A stretch of DNA of 64,000 nt from an uncultured Chroococcidiopsis sp. (GCA_964248365.1 CAXTYC010000025.1:1-64000), one strand, 5' to 3'; counted from the first letter of the stretch, positions 20,095-32,244 are shown. The notes: generated by a model not told the origin, from the letters alone. Numbers and translations: made by a program.

Positions 20095-20862
20095 TTGAAA
20101 CATCTCACCTTTGTAATTCAAACCATTGAAGAGATTTCCCTAAATGCATGGTCATCTTTACAACAAATATTGTACGATGGCTGGATTTTAAGGTTTGCTA
20201 ACGGTTATACCAAAAGAGCTAATTCTGTCAATCCAGTCTACATAGGTACTAAAGATGTTTATGAAAAAATTGCCAGATGTGAACAAATTTTTTCTGATAA
20301 AAACCTCAAGCTTATTTTCAGGATAACGCCTCTTGCTCATCCAGAAAATCTAGATGTAATTCTGGCAGACGCTGGATTTGAAAAAAAAGATGTCGTAAGT
20401 GTTCAAGTCTTAAATTTGGTGTCATTTACACCTCAGACAACAGGTGAAATCAAAATCTGGGAAGAATTTTCACACGATTGGCTGGCTAGCTTGATTAGCT
20501 TGGGTGGTGTAACGCTTGAGGCACAAGATTCACTTGCAGGCATTTTACATAACATTGCCGTAAAAAAGTGTTTTGCAGTTTTACTGCATGAAAATCAAGT
20601 TGTCTCCTGTGGGTTGGGAGTTTTGGAAAACGATTACATTGGACTATTTGAGATTATCACTGCTAAAAATGAACGCCGGAAAGGATTTGCAAAAAAACTA
20701 ATATTGCAGATTTTAGATTGGGGTAAACACAATTGTGCTAAACAAGCATATTTACAAGTAGAAATAAATAATGAGCCTGCATTAAATCTTTATTCAAAAC
20801 TATGCTTTAAGGAAGCTTACCAATATTTTTATAGAATTAAAGTTACAGGCAAAGGCGGTTGA
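20095..20862 (+). CDS. GNAT N-acetyltransferase
   Basis: Motifs GYTKRANSV, RRKGFA, YLQV..NEPA..LY. Confidence 0.85.
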   Translation: MKHLTFVIQTIEEISLNAWSSLQQILYDGWILRFANGYTKRANSVNPVYIGTKDVYEKIARCEQIFSDKNLKLIFRITPLAHPENLDVILADAGFEKKDVVSVQVLNLVSFTPQTTGEIKIWEEFSHDWLASLISLGGVTLEAQDSLAGILHNIAVKKCFAVLLHENQVVSCGLGVLENDYIGLFEIITAKNERRKGFAKKLILQILDWGKHNCAKQAYLQVEINNEPALNLYSKLCFKEAYQYFYRIKVTGKGG

Positions 20863-21080
20863 ATTAAATATTTTATAAGTATGCCACCCATGCCCACCAT
20901 CCAAATAATTTGTGCCTGATTGAAATAAAGTTTTAGTTATGCCTGATTGAAATAAAGTTTTAGTATGCCACCCATGCCCACCTTACAAAGAATTTGTACC
21001 AGATGGAAATAAAAAATTAAGAATTATTAAAACTGTAAACGAGTTAACTGCTAGAGCCTCACAATCATTAGAAACTATGA

Positions 21081-21311
21081 ATGGTGAAAGAGAAAAAAAA
21101 CATGATATCACCTTCTCAAGATTCCACAAACAAACCCAACAGACTCCGCACAACATTAACAGAGCAAGAGATTATCCACCAAACTCAAGCGGAGCTAGTA
21201 GCATTAATCCGAGTTACAGCCTATGAGACGATTGAAAATTGGCAGCAACCAGTCCGTCTTGGTAATTGGAGCGGTACTTTAGAAAGCGAAATTTATCACC
21301 TTTTGTGGTAA
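21081..21311 (+). CDS. Small hypothetical protein
   Basis: 76-aa ORF only; no motif recognised. Confidence 0.35.
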   Translation: MVKEKKNMISPSQDSTNKPNRLRTTLTEQEIIHQTQAELVALIRVTAYETIENWQQPVRLGNWSGTLESEIYHLLW

Positions 21312-21451
21312 AATAGTTTGACTTGTGGAATTATTAATTTTGTCACTAAGGAATAGTGCTAAAAAACTTGGGTTAAATCTGTAGCAAGAAGCCAAAGCCA
21401 TCCCAGCAAGCTAGTTTGAAATAAGATTCACTAGCGATTAGGGAGACACTC

Positions 21452-22234
21452 ATGCTACATCGCGGGGATCCAGCAGGACTAATTGTGATTACGCCGACTC
21501 ATGCTTGGGTTGCTGGCTGTTTGGCACGAGCGTGGGGAAATGACACCTTTGGTTCGTTTGCACCCAAAGAAGTTTGTCTGGGAGCAGAACAGCACGATAT
21601 CGGCTGGCTGGTGTGGGAAAATATGCCCACTTTAAACCCAAATACAGGCTATCCCCATAGCTTTATGGAAGTTCCGACAGAAGTACACGTAGGCATTTGG
21701 TCTGGTGCTAAACAGTTCATTCTACCCTTTGGTAGGTATGCGGCGCTGCTAGTCTCGCTTCATGGTACTGGGTTATATGAGCGCTTCAGACGATGGCAGA
21801 ATTCGCCTAAATCAACTCAGGAGGAGGTGCAAGAATTTCTCGCGCAAGAGAAAGTTTTTCAGCAACAGCTCACTACCAATCTTCTAGAATAACCCTACTA
21901 TGCACCGTATGCAACATCGGAAACAGTAGAGCGCAACCGCTCTCTAGTGGCTGTTTGGGACAGTCTCTCGCTAGCTTTGTGTATGGGGTTGCGTAAGGAG
22001 CAGCATTTCGATCGCGTACCTACAGCTGACAGTGAAACCACACTTACCATAACTCCAGCCAATGATGACATGACGCACATAAAAGTTTATCCCTGGTGTT
22101 TTCAAGACAGCCAGGTAAAACTTGTGTATGAGGGGCGGTTACTGCGAGAGCAGTTTAGAGATGAAACAACGATGCGTACTGCGCTTGCAAGTGCAAAGTA
22201 GGTGACGATTACCACGATCCTTAGTCCATCTTGA
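21452..22234 (+). pseudogene. DUF3891-like protein disrupted by two in-frame stops
   Basis: Motifs HAW..G.LA..WGN, HDIGW, LVSLH. The same frame continues through TAA 21890-21892 and TAG 22199-22201 to TGA 22234. Confidence 0.75.
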
Positions 22235-22381
22235 TAGCTTGTTAAGAGGGGCTAGAGGAACTAGGGGCTAGGGGCTAGAAGGGAGCAAAGGGGAGATGGG
22301 GAGGCTGGGGGATCTGAGGAATTAACTATTCACAACTTCACAACTTCACAACTCCTATTTCCTATCTCCAGCAATTGTGCA

Positions 22382-22564
22382 TTAGCCTTTTTCACTGGTT
22401 TGATTAACGTCACCGCTAATCAAGGTTCGCACTAAAGTCCAGGTTGTCCATAAAAATGCTGAACCCAAAAGGACAATCATTAATAAGGCTAAGCCAGAAA
22501 AAGGCGCTATTAATGAAATTAGTATCAAGCCCAACAGCAAAATCATCAGTAATGGATTTCTCAT
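22382..22564 (-). CDS. Small two-TM hypothetical protein
   Basis: Hydrophobic ORF starting MRNPLL with an upstream AAGGA RBS. Confidence 0.55.
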   Translation of the reverse strand: MRNPLLMILLLGLILISLIAPFSGLALLMIVLLGSAFLWTTWTLVRTLISGDVNQTSEKG

Positions 22565-22855
22565 CTGGGAATCCTTGCGCTCAATAAAATTGAAACGTAA
22601 TATATCCACCTCTCTACATAGGTTATATGGTGGGGCAGCGAGTTGACCTCTAGCTAAAGTGAGTAGTCAGGAGGTGAGGAGTCAGGAGCCTGGAGACCCA
22701 CGACAGGAGACAGAAAACAGAAGTTGTGAAGTCAGGAGTTGTGAAGTCAGCAGGTGAGGAGTCAGGAGATAGAAGTCGTGAAGTTGTGAATATTTAATTC
22801 TTTCATCTCACCCTGCTGCCCTGCTAAAGTGCTCCCCCTGCTCTGTTTTGACTCC

Positions 22856-24619
22856 TTAACGCACAGATTCAGTCAGTTGTTTTATGGGTAGGGATTGCAC
22901 AAGGCTAAGGTTTAATGGGGCTTGACTAATAGCTTGGGCGTAGGCGGAGCTAAGGTAGAAGCGGTATTGGGTATTTTTAGCAATATAAGTTTGGAAGAAA
23001 GCTACACTTAAGGCATTGACGTAACGACGTGCGATCGCAGGAGTAGGACCAATTGCTTTATCAGGTACAGCGATCGCTTGAGTGTCCCGCTCTGTCTCAC
23101 CAATGGTAGAAAAATGAGTTGCACGTTCAATTAAGACAAAATATTTTTCTAAGGTAGTTAACCAAGAAAAGGGCAGTATTTGTTCTGGTAAGGCTGGTGC
23201 AATCGTATCAGAGCTACCGCTGACAATCATGACTGGAATTTGAATTTGTCGCAGTCCAGTTTGACCAAAGATGCTGCTAGCGATTGGGTTAATTGCAATT
23301 ACTGCCTTAACTCTTCGATCTTGTAAATTATATTCGGTAGAAGGTAGGCTAGTCGCTCGACACTGGAGCAGGAGAGATACATTCCAAATATCATGGCTAT
23401 TTTTGCAGTCTGTTTGCAATTGATTAAAGTTTAGCCTAGCACCAGCTAAAGCTAATGCTGTGTAGCCGCCCAAAGATTGACCAACTACGCCAACCTGTTG
23501 CAGATTGAGCCGAAAGTTGGAGTTAGAAGCGTCCAAACGCTGCAATTGGTCGAGCAAATATTTCACATCCAAAGGACGGTTGATAAATTCGTTTGGTTCT
23601 GCTACTTCGTTGGCTCGCCCAGAAAATAGCGATCGCAATTGTTCAGCGTTACTACCTGGATGCTCTGGAACTGCAACTGCAAAGCCATAACTTGCTAGTT
23701 GCTCAGCTAAATAGATAAAGCTATTGCGATCAGAACCTAAACCATGAGAAATGACAATGACAGGGAAGGAAGGCGAGGGGCGAGAGGCGAGAGGCGAGAG
23801 GCTGGATTGTATGTTAGTTTCAGAGTTTTTACTACCACTAGGCAATTTCTCCTCGTACCTCGTGCCTCGTGCCTCTCGTCTTAGTTGTTGGGGAATATAG
23901 ATATCGGCAAAAAAAGTGCGATGCCTTGTGGCATCATATAGCTTTAATGTTTGCTTGTTCCAGCTAAAAACACCTCGCCCTCGCAAGTCTAATACTTGGG
24001 AAAAATCAACTGGTGGCTGGTTAGTTGTGGCGGCGGTTGATTGTCTAGATATAAGAGCGATCGCTTGACGGGTTTGGTTAACTAGTGATTCTAGCTGATC
24101 GGCTATCTGGAGGCTACGTCCTAAATTAATTCGTATACTGCGGGTTGGAAACTTCTCCAGCACATTGAGCAGTGTTAAACCGTCTTGATCGGCTGCTGCT
24201 AAAATCAGTGCTGCGCGTAGGGCATAGAAACCAGGTTGACGGGCTTCGGTTTGAACTACTTCTCCCAGCCGTTCCAACAATGTCTCACCAATTGGCGTGT
24301 AGAGAAACTGCGATACTGCAACTTGATTTAATTCAACCCGTGACAACAACACCCGCCGCAATTGTGCTAACCGTTGCGGGCTAACATATTCTGCGTAGGT
24401 AGCTAAGTCGTCATCAAGTTTGCCCTCTTTAGCATAGGTTTCGAGCGACGCAACAGAAATTGTTCGCTCTATAGCGCCGTAGGAAAAATAAATTTTTTCG
24501 GCTGCCAAAGTAGAATTAGTCATCACTGCATTTGGCAGCAGCCAAAAGCCCAAAGCACCTAGCAATACTCCTTGCCAATTCATCCCAAGTTTTATTTTGT
24601 GGCGAGTGGCTAGGAGCAT
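22856..24619 (-). CDS. Alpha/beta hydrolase (DUF1400 N-terminus plus dienelactone/PAF-AH-like domain)
   Basis: AAEKIYFSYG, SHGLG, nucleophile GQSLGG, SDT, THFS. Confidence 0.88.
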   Translation of the reverse strand: MLLATRHKIKLGMNWQGVLLGALGFWLLPNAVMTNSTLAAEKIYFSYGAIERTISVASLETYAKEGKLDDDLATYAEYVSPQRLAQLRRVLLSRVELNQVAVSQFLYTPIGETLLERLGEVVQTEARQPGFYALRAALILAAADQDGLTLLNVLEKFPTRSIRINLGRSLQIADQLESLVNQTRQAIALISRQSTAATTNQPPVDFSQVLDLRGRGVFSWNKQTLKLYDATRHRTFFADIYIPQQLRREARGTRYEEKLPSGSKNSETNIQSSLSPLASRPSPSFPVIVISHGLGSDRNSFIYLAEQLASYGFAVAVPEHPGSNAEQLRSLFSGRANEVAEPNEFINRPLDVKYLLDQLQRLDASNSNFRLNLQQVGVVGQSLGGYTALALAGARLNFNQLQTDCKNSHDIWNVSLLLQCRATSLPSTEYNLQDRRVKAVIAINPIASSIFGQTGLRQIQIPVMIVSGSSDTIAPALPEQILPFSWLTTLEKYFVLIERATHFSTIGETERDTQAIAVPDKAIGPTPAIARRYVNALSVAFFQTYIAKNTQYRFYLSSAYAQAISQAPLNLSLVQSLPIKQLTESVR

Positions 24620-24900
24620 TGTAAAACAATGCCCCGACTGGCGATTTGTTGTTTACAAGGTTCACAATTTCGGATCAGATGCTTTGGGCGATCGCACATA
24701 GCAAGAAAAAAATGAGTAAGTGCTTTCTACAGTCTAGAGCGATCGCACAAAAATGAGTGATTCCGACTTTGCTAGCCACAACTGGCTGACAGCATTTTAG
24801 ATTTTAGATATTTAACTGTAGCAGGCGTAAATTAAAACGGTATAACAACTACAAATCCAAAAATGATACCCTTGACAAATTCCTTTATTTATAGTACATA

Positions 24901-24932
24901 AACTCCTCTAGCAGCTTAAGACTAGAGGAGTT
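24901..24932 (-). terminator. Hairpin terminator after atpC
   Basis: Perfect 11-bp stem AACTCCTCTAG / CTAGAGGAGTT. Confidence 0.65.
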
Positions 24933-24962
24933 ATTACTGATCGCAAATACCTGCTTTTAGAC

Positions 24963-25376
24963 TTAGACCATACCACCAGCGGCTTGAAACCTAGCTCTCG
25001 CCCGTTTAAAAGCGCTATTGGCTTGAATTTGCTCTTGACGAGTAGCATTTTGAGTTTGATTCAACTTAGCTTGTGCTTCGTTGTAAGCAGCGCGGGCAGC
25101 TTCTAAATCAATTGCGTCGCCGCGTTCAGCGCCGTTGACGAGAATCGTCACTTCGTTATTTTCCACTTCGACAAATCCACCCATAAGAGCGATCGCTACC
25201 CAGCTAGAGTTTCTACTGGGGCGAACTCGCATTACAGCGGTATCAAGAGCAGACAACAGAGGCGCGTGTCCACTTAGAATACCTAGCTGACCAGTTGTAC
25301 TGGGTAGAATCACTTCTTCAGCTGTAGCATCCCAAACAGTCTTGTCTGGTGAAATTACACGAACAGTCAATGTCAT
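24963..25376 (-). CDS. atpC: ATP synthase F1 epsilon subunit
   Basis: [23 protein letters not shown]; lies downstream of the beta subunit. Confidence 0.97.
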   Translation of the reverse strand: MTLTVRVISPDKTVWDATAEEVILPSTTGQLGILSGHAPLLSALDTAVMRVRPSRNSSWVAIALMGGFVEVENNEVTILVNGAERGDAIDLEAARAAYNEAQAKLNQTQNATRQEQIQANSAFKRARARFQAAGGMV

Positions 25377-25485
25377 ATCTAGTGAGTAGAAAAGTAGTGA
25401 GTAGTAAGTAGTGAAGGGTATAAAGTAAGTCACTAGTGACTAGTTTTTTCTAGCCACTAGTTCCACGAGCTTCCACGAGCTTCCA

Positions 25486-26949
<1,464 letters not shown>

Positions 26950-27393
26950 TTAATTTAGCTATGTTTGTGATCTGGCGGACAGTTTTTCATGATGTGAAGT
27001 ACCTTGCCCACAAGAGGTATCGGCTTCCCAGACTCAGCTGCCCGAAGGGGTCTTACTACTGATAATCCTAGTCTTGCAATATGCTGATGGGGCGTTAATT
27101 CCGACACTTCCTGCCCTCCTGGGGCATATTTTACTACTGACGTGATTGTTACTTCACCCTTGAGGATGAGGTATTCCCGCCTAAAGGATAAAAATTGCCC
27201 TTTTCCAGATTACCACCGATAGGCTTCACACAGTCATAAGTCGCGTTTGTGAGGAAGTCGTTTGGTAAGGAAGTTAGAAGTCGCGCATTCGGAATTCTCC
27301 CCATCTTGTCCATCTTCCTCTTTCCCCCTCTCTTTCTTGAGGTAAGTAAGAGCGCCCACAGTGGGCAGCTTGTTTTAAGCTAACAGCTAATCG

Positions 27394-27672
27394 CTAATCG
27401 CTAATCGCTTTTATTCGCCGAATGGGTAGGTTAGCAATTAAAGCCGTTGTCCGTTGATTATTCTCTAGGGCAAATTCCAATCCTTCGCTGTCCAATTCTA
27501 CGTAGCGACAGACGACTTCTATAATTTCCTGCCGCATTTTATCGATCATCTGCGGGCTAAGGTCAGTCCGGTCGTGGGAAATTACTAATTGCAGTCGTTG
27601 TTTAACTTGAGAGCGACTGCTGTCTTCCTTGGAAGAACCGGGGAAAAGTCGGTCTAGAAATTCGCTAATCAT
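27394..27672 (-). CDS. minE: Cell division topological specificity factor
   Basis: [13 protein letters not shown]; follows minD. Confidence 0.93.
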   Translation of the reverse strand: MISEFLDRLFPGSSKEDSSRSQVKQRLQLVISHDRTDLSPQMIDKMRQEIIEVVCRYVELDSEGLEFALENNQRTTALIANLPIRRIKAISD

Positions 27673-27709
27673 GGTATTGGATGCAGGTTTGTTAATTGCT
27701 TAAATCTGC

Positions 27710-28516
27710 TTAAATCATCTTTGGCCACAACAACTTACGCAGGCGAGATAAAAAGCTTTCGTGGACAGGATGCAGATCCAAAAATTCTACTTTTTCTCCT
27801 TCTAATCTACGAGCAATGTTGTCAAACGCTTTACCTGCCATAGAAGGATCTTCGGCTAATACTAAGGGTTCGCCTCGATTGGTTGAGACGATCACGCGCT
27901 CGTCTTCCGGTACTACTCCTATTAGCCCAATTGCCAGCAGTTCTTGCACGTCCTGTACTGACATCATGTCATTAGCCTGCACCATTACGGGACGTAGGCG
28001 ATTTACAATTAGTTGAATTTGCTTGATTCCTTGCGCTTCTAGCAAACCGACTACTCGGTCAGCGTCCCGTACTGCTGCAATTTCTGGTGTAGTGACAATT
28101 AAAGCTTCAGAGGCTGGGGCGATCGCATTTTTAAACCCCATTTCTATCCCCGCCGGACTGTCTATTATAATATATTCATAACTTTTTGTCAAGGCTTCGA
28201 TCAGTTGTTTCATCTGATCTGGACTCATTGCCTCTTTATTGCGATTTTGGGCAGCTGGTAGTAGCACCAATTTCGGTTCCCGCTTATCTTTTACCAAGGC
28301 TTGTTCTAAGCGGCATTCTCCGGTGACTACTTCGATCGCGGTATAAACTACTCGGTTTTCCAGTCCTAGCAGCAGATCCAAATTTCTGAGTCCAAAATCT
28401 GCATCTACTAGGGCAACAGATCGCCCCAGGCGGGCTAGTGCCATACCCAAATTGGCAGTAACGGTAGTTTTACCCACCCCTCCTTTGCCGGACGTAGTGA
28501 CAATAATGCGAGTCAT
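27710..28516 (-). CDS. minD: Septum site-determining ATPase
   Basis: KGGVGKTT, DFGLRNLD, DSPAGIE. Confidence 0.97.
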   Translation of the reverse strand: MTRIIVTTSGKGGVGKTTVTANLGMALARLGRSVALVDADFGLRNLDLLLGLENRVVYTAIEVVTGECRLEQALVKDKREPKLVLLPAAQNRNKEAMSPDQMKQLIEALTKSYEYIIIDSPAGIEMGFKNAIAPASEALIVTTPEIAAVRDADRVVGLLEAQGIKQIQLIVNRLRPVMVQANDMMSVQDVQELLAIGLIGVVPEDERVIVSTNRGEPLVLAEDPSMAGKAFDNIARRLEGEKVEFLDLHPVHESFLSRLRKLLWPKMI

Positions 28517-29307
28517 GATTTTGATAAAAACTGGGATTTAGAAAAATCAGCCGCTTTGGTAATGCGGATTCCTTCAGGTGTCACGTAGGCTATTTCAGGA
28601 TAAAACTGAGTTGGCATAGTTGTTGGCGCTCTTGCTACAAAATCAGCAATTCGTAATTGCGTTGGTTCCATTTGGAGTGCCATGATTAGACACTTGGAAT
28701 TACCGCTAGCACCTGCATGGGCAACTCCTCGCAGTCGTCCCCAGACTAAAATATCTCCATCTGCTATCACAATACCACCTGGGTTGAGATCCCCCAATAC
28801 TACTACGATACCCGCATGGCGAATTTCTACGCCGGAACGTATGGTCATTTGGAGATACAAGGGTTCGCTCAGGGGTATAGGGGTGAGAACGGGCGAATTG
28901 ATCGCATTTACCGAATTAGCTTGTTGTTCAACGCAATAGCCAGCCGTAGCAGCTGCTACAGCTGTTTGACGACGGTTAGTGTAAACACGCTTAAGCTGAA
29001 GTTGGACTTCAGATAAAGCGTCTGCTAAAGCATGAAGTTGTCGTCCATCCAACAGCCGATCCGCCGCCATCAATTCTACTGTTGTATTTGGTTGCCAAAA
29101 GCGATCGCCACCCTGTAACCGTTGCTTCAACTGTAGCCAAATGTCAGACCAACTACTACCAGCAGCAGTCGATTCCGCTTCTGGTGGCAAAGTTAATATT
29201 AGCCGTCCCTCCTCACTTTTCAAGCGAACTTGCAGATTACCATTTACCTCAGATGGGGGCGAGGCAAATGTTGAAACAATTTCTGGGAGGACAGAATCAG
29301 AAGTCAT
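28513..29307 (-). CDS. minC: Septum site-determining protein
   Basis: IRSG..GDLNPGG..DGDI.VWG.LRG.AHAG; overlaps the minD start. Confidence 0.93.
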   Translation of the reverse strand: MTSDSVLPEIVSTFASPPSEVNGNLQVRLKSEEGRLILTLPPEAESTAAGSSWSDIWLQLKQRLQGGDRFWQPNTTVELMAADRLLDGRQLHALADALSEVQLQLKRVYTNRRQTAVAAATAGYCVEQQANSVNAINSPVLTPIPLSEPLYLQMTIRSGVEIRHAGIVVVLGDLNPGGIVIADGDILVWGRLRGVAHAGASGNSKCLIMALQMEPTQLRIADFVARAPTTMPTQFYPEIAYVTPEGIRITKAADFSKSQFLSKS

Positions 29308-29406
29308 GCACTGGGGGCAGCTACAAGTAAGTACGACTAATTTAACTGCATACCATATTTACACTAGCTATAACTCAAAACTTCTACATTAAGTTACCAA
29401 TGATCT

Positions 29407-29630
29407 TAGGGGAACTAGGGGAACCAGGGGAACCAGGGGCTAGAGGAACTAGAGGAACCAGAGGAACCAGAGGAACTAGAGGCTAGAAGAGGATGGGGGG
29501 CAGGGGGTGACAACCAAAAGGGGGAAAGAGGGGGATTTGAATACTTCCCCTTGTCCCCTTGTCCCCTTGTCTCCCTGCTCCCTTTGCTCCACGAGGCGAT
29601 CGCGTGGCTCCAGAGGCTCCCCCTGCTCTC
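29407..29630. repeat. Composite STRR tract (GGAACCAGA / GTCCCCTT units)
   Basis: Purine-rich tandem units followed by pyrimidine-rich units. Confidence 0.75.
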
Positions 29631-29726
29631 TTCCTAAGGAGGAAGACACTGTAAAGTTGAACAGATTAAAGTTTGAGCATAAGCGCTTGAAATAGGCAAA
29701 AATAGCCAAAAGATGGAGGCAGCGTT

Positions 29727-30791
29727 GTGCGTTTAGGGCAATGGCTCGGTTTACTCGCCCTGGTTATCTCTCTTTACATTCTGTGGCAAATCCAGCAAAT
29801 TGTTTTACTGGTTTTTGCCGCTGTAGTTTTGGCAACAATATTAAACCGAGTCGTGCGATTTTTGCAGCGATACCGAATTAAACGCGGTATTGCGATCGCT
29901 ATTACAGTTTTGCTTTTACTAGCCTTAATCGTTGGCTTTTTCGCTGGAATCGTACCAAGTTTTCTCGATCAATTACAACAATTAATCAAGATCTTGCCGA
30001 CGCTAACAGATAGAGTGCGATCGTGGATTGACTGGGTACAAAGTCGAATCCCAGGAGGAATAGCCGAGAACTTCCAAGGAATTAATTCTCTGACTCAAAA
30101 CCTACAAACTTGGATAGGTAGGCTACTTGGCAACTTTCTTGTCATCATCAATAACTCGCTTGCCGCTGTCGTTAACTTTTTGCTATTTTTAGTTTTAACC
30201 ATAATGACATTGGTCAATCCCACCCCATACCGCCGCGTTTTTATCCTTGCCTTTCCTGCTTTCTATCGGCGACGAGTTGAGGAAATATTAGATGAGTGCG
30301 AAACATCTTTGGTAGGTTGGATCAAAGGTACTCTGATTGATATGCTCGTCATCGCTGTCTTGAGCTATATTGGTCTGCTGCTTTTGCAAGTGCCACTGCC
30401 GTTAGTCAATGCTGCTTTAGCAGGATTATTAGAATTTATTCCTAACGTTGGACCCACTCTTAGTGTAATTCCACCCGCACTGCTTGCTTTGACAGATGAG
30501 CCGTGGAAAGCAATAGCAGTGATAGTTTTATATGTTGTGATTCAGCAGTTTGAAAGCCTGATTTTAGTGCCTTTAGTTATGGCACAACAAGTGTCTTTAC
30601 TCCCAGTCTTTACCATTTTGGCAGTGGTAGTTTTCGCTAGTTTGTTTGGATTTTTAGGTTTATTTCTCGCCATTCCCTTGCTAATTGTCACTCAGATTTG
30701 GTTAAAAGAAGTTTTAGTGAAGGATGTTTTGAATAAGTGGCAAAGGAAGGAGGATAAGGAGGACAAGCATACAAGAGGAAATGAAGTATGA
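29727..30791 (+). CDS. AI-2E family transporter
   Basis: Multiple TM segments; LEFIPNVGP, IQQFES..LVP, GLFLAIP. Confidence 0.9.
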   Translation: MRLGQWLGLLALVISLYILWQIQQIVLLVFAAVVLATILNRVVRFLQRYRIKRGIAIAITVLLLLALIVGFFAGIVPSFLDQLQQLIKILPTLTDRVRSWIDWVQSRIPGGIAENFQGINSLTQNLQTWIGRLLGNFLVIINNSLAAVVNFLLFLVLTIMTLVNPTPYRRVFILAFPAFYRRRVEEILDECETSLVGWIKGTLIDMLVIAVLSYIGLLLLQVPLPLVNAALAGLLEFIPNVGPTLSVIPPALLALTDEPWKAIAVIVLYVVIQQFESLILVPLVMAQQVSLLPVFTILAVVVFASLFGFLGLFLAIPLLIVTQIWLKEVLVKDVLNKWQRKEDKEDKHTRGNEV

Positions 30792-31038
30792 GTGGTAAAA
30801 CTTAAAAAATTTATTTTTATGGGGGGCAGGCGAGCGCTCCAAAAAATGTAGTAATTGAGCTTTGTTGATAGAGTAAATTTATTTATTTTTAAAACAATTC
30901 ATACTTGCTAAAAAAAGTGTATGCTACCTATCTATATATTTTTTTAGATGCTATTTTATAGAAATGATATAGAGAAAATTTCTGAATAATGCACTGATAT
31001 GGAACGCTCTTTAAAAATATTTTGGGTATCACCAAAAA

Positions 31039-31113
31039 ATATACGGAAAAATTCTAGATCATGTGCCAGATAGGATATATACGGGAAATTTCCGTATAAT
31101 AGCGAGTTAGATG
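31039..31113 (+). mobile_element. attI-like recombination site
   Basis: Direct repeat ATATACGG (31039, 31077), dyad TATACGG-N7-CCGTATA, then the core GTTAGAT (GTTRRRY) at 31106. Confidence 0.5.
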
Positions 31114-31167
31114 GTTAGCCGTAACTGTTTGGCTTCACGTTCCATGAGAGGCAGTGATGTGATTACT

Positions 31168-32226
31168 TCAGGCTTGCAAAAGAAAATCTCGAACAACTTC
31201 TGCAACAACTTGTGCTAGGTTGCAGGGGACAGCATTGCCTATTTGCCTGTAGATCGAGCTTTGTGTGCCGATAAACTGGTAATCATGTGGAAAGGTTTGT
31301 ATTCTTAGTGCTTCGTCAACTGTCAATCGTCTAAGTCTTTTAGGTGCAGCTTCTATTGGTAGTGGTTTTCCCCCTTTCATCAAGTAAGAGTGATACCATT
31401 CAACCCAGCTATCTTGGTCAAAATAGCAATGGTCTTCATCAATAATTGGTGTTTTATTCCCACCCATAGAAGCATGGAGAGCGCATGAGTATCCATCAGG
31501 ATTTAATGGTCTTCCTTGACCATTGAACAACATTCCTGCATAGGGAGATCGTCGCATTACAGGCTTTGCGGCGATAGTAACTTTTGCATTGCATATCCGC
31601 TGATTGTTCTGGGAACCTGCCACACCTAGAGGTGAAACGATATCTCTAACTGTTGGAGCTTGCTTCTTATATCGCTCGAACTGTGCCTCTAAATCACTAA
31701 TGTCTACAATATCCCGAAACCCAATCAGAAACATTCGTTCTCTGGATTGTGGTACGCCGAAATCAGATGAATTGAGTATCACTAACTTGTACGTATATCC
31801 CAATTGACTGGCAAAACGAAAAAGTTGTTGGCGAACCTCAGCCCACTTGTCAAGAACTGCTAGTGCCTTGACATTCTCACAGATAAAAACCCGAGGCTTT
31901 GTGAACTCCACAGCCTTCATGAATACCCATAACAATTTGCTACGCGGATCATCAGGGTTCATCTTGCCAGCCACAGAAAAACCCTGGCAGGGTGGACCAC
32001 CAAAAACAAGATCGATCCCCTCGAATCGACGTATATCAATCAACTTTTCACTTATGTCGCCGCACTTGATAATCCCTCCAGGGTGGTTTGCCTCATATGT
32101 GAGACAAGCATCTTTGTCAATGTCATTAGCACCAACAACCTCGACTCCTGCGCGGATGAATCCAACATCCATACCTCCTGCGCCTGAGAAAAGTGAGAGT
32201 CCTGATAAAACCAGTTTGTTCTTCAT
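31168..32226 (-). CDS. C5 cytosine DNA methyltransferase
   Basis: Motifs FSGAGG, GPPCQGFS, ENV, QSRER, RQIGNAV. Confidence 0.95.
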   Translation of the reverse strand: MKNKLVLSGLSLFSGAGGMDVGFIRAGVEVVGANDIDKDACLTYEANHPGGIIKCGDISEKLIDIRRFEGIDLVFGGPPCQGFSVAGKMNPDDPRSKLLWVFMKAVEFTKPRVFICENVKALAVLDKWAEVRQQLFRFASQLGYTYKLVILNSSDFGVPQSRERMFLIGFRDIVDISDLEAQFERYKKQAPTVRDIVSPLGVAGSQNNQRICNAKVTIAAKPVMRRSPYAGMLFNGQGRPLNPDGYSCALHASMGGNKTPIIDEDHCYFDQDSWVEWYHSYLMKGGKPLPIEAAPKRLRRLTVDEALRIQTFPHDYQFIGTQSSIYRQIGNAVPCNLAQVVAEVVRDFLLQA

Positions 32227-32227
32227 G

Positions 32228-32244
32228 TATGCGATTTTGGCATA
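32228..32244. promoter_or_regulatory. Candidate controller-protein operator
   Basis: Dyad TATGC-N7-GCATA in the 47-bp gap between the divergent methylase and HTH genes. Confidence 0.45.

Noticed and set aside
20878..21013. CRISPR array, because the repeats end in ATTGAAA
   Set aside because: The copies are adjacent or separated by REP sequence, there are no unique 30-40 nt spacers, and no cas genes are present.
26950..27240. Structured ncRNA in the atpD upstream region
   Set aside because: It is moderately GC-rich but matches no RNA family I recognise; most simply it is the promoter and leader.
29476..29709. ORFs 29476-29709 (-) and 29507-29695 (+)
   Set aside because: They are translations of STRR repeats. 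The same applies to 40357-40632, 40426-40614, 46483-46855 and the N-terminal extension of cdaA.
30800..30845. 5' remnant of an integron integrase on the minus strand (LERSPAPHK)
   Set aside because: Too short and too weak a resemblance to support a call.
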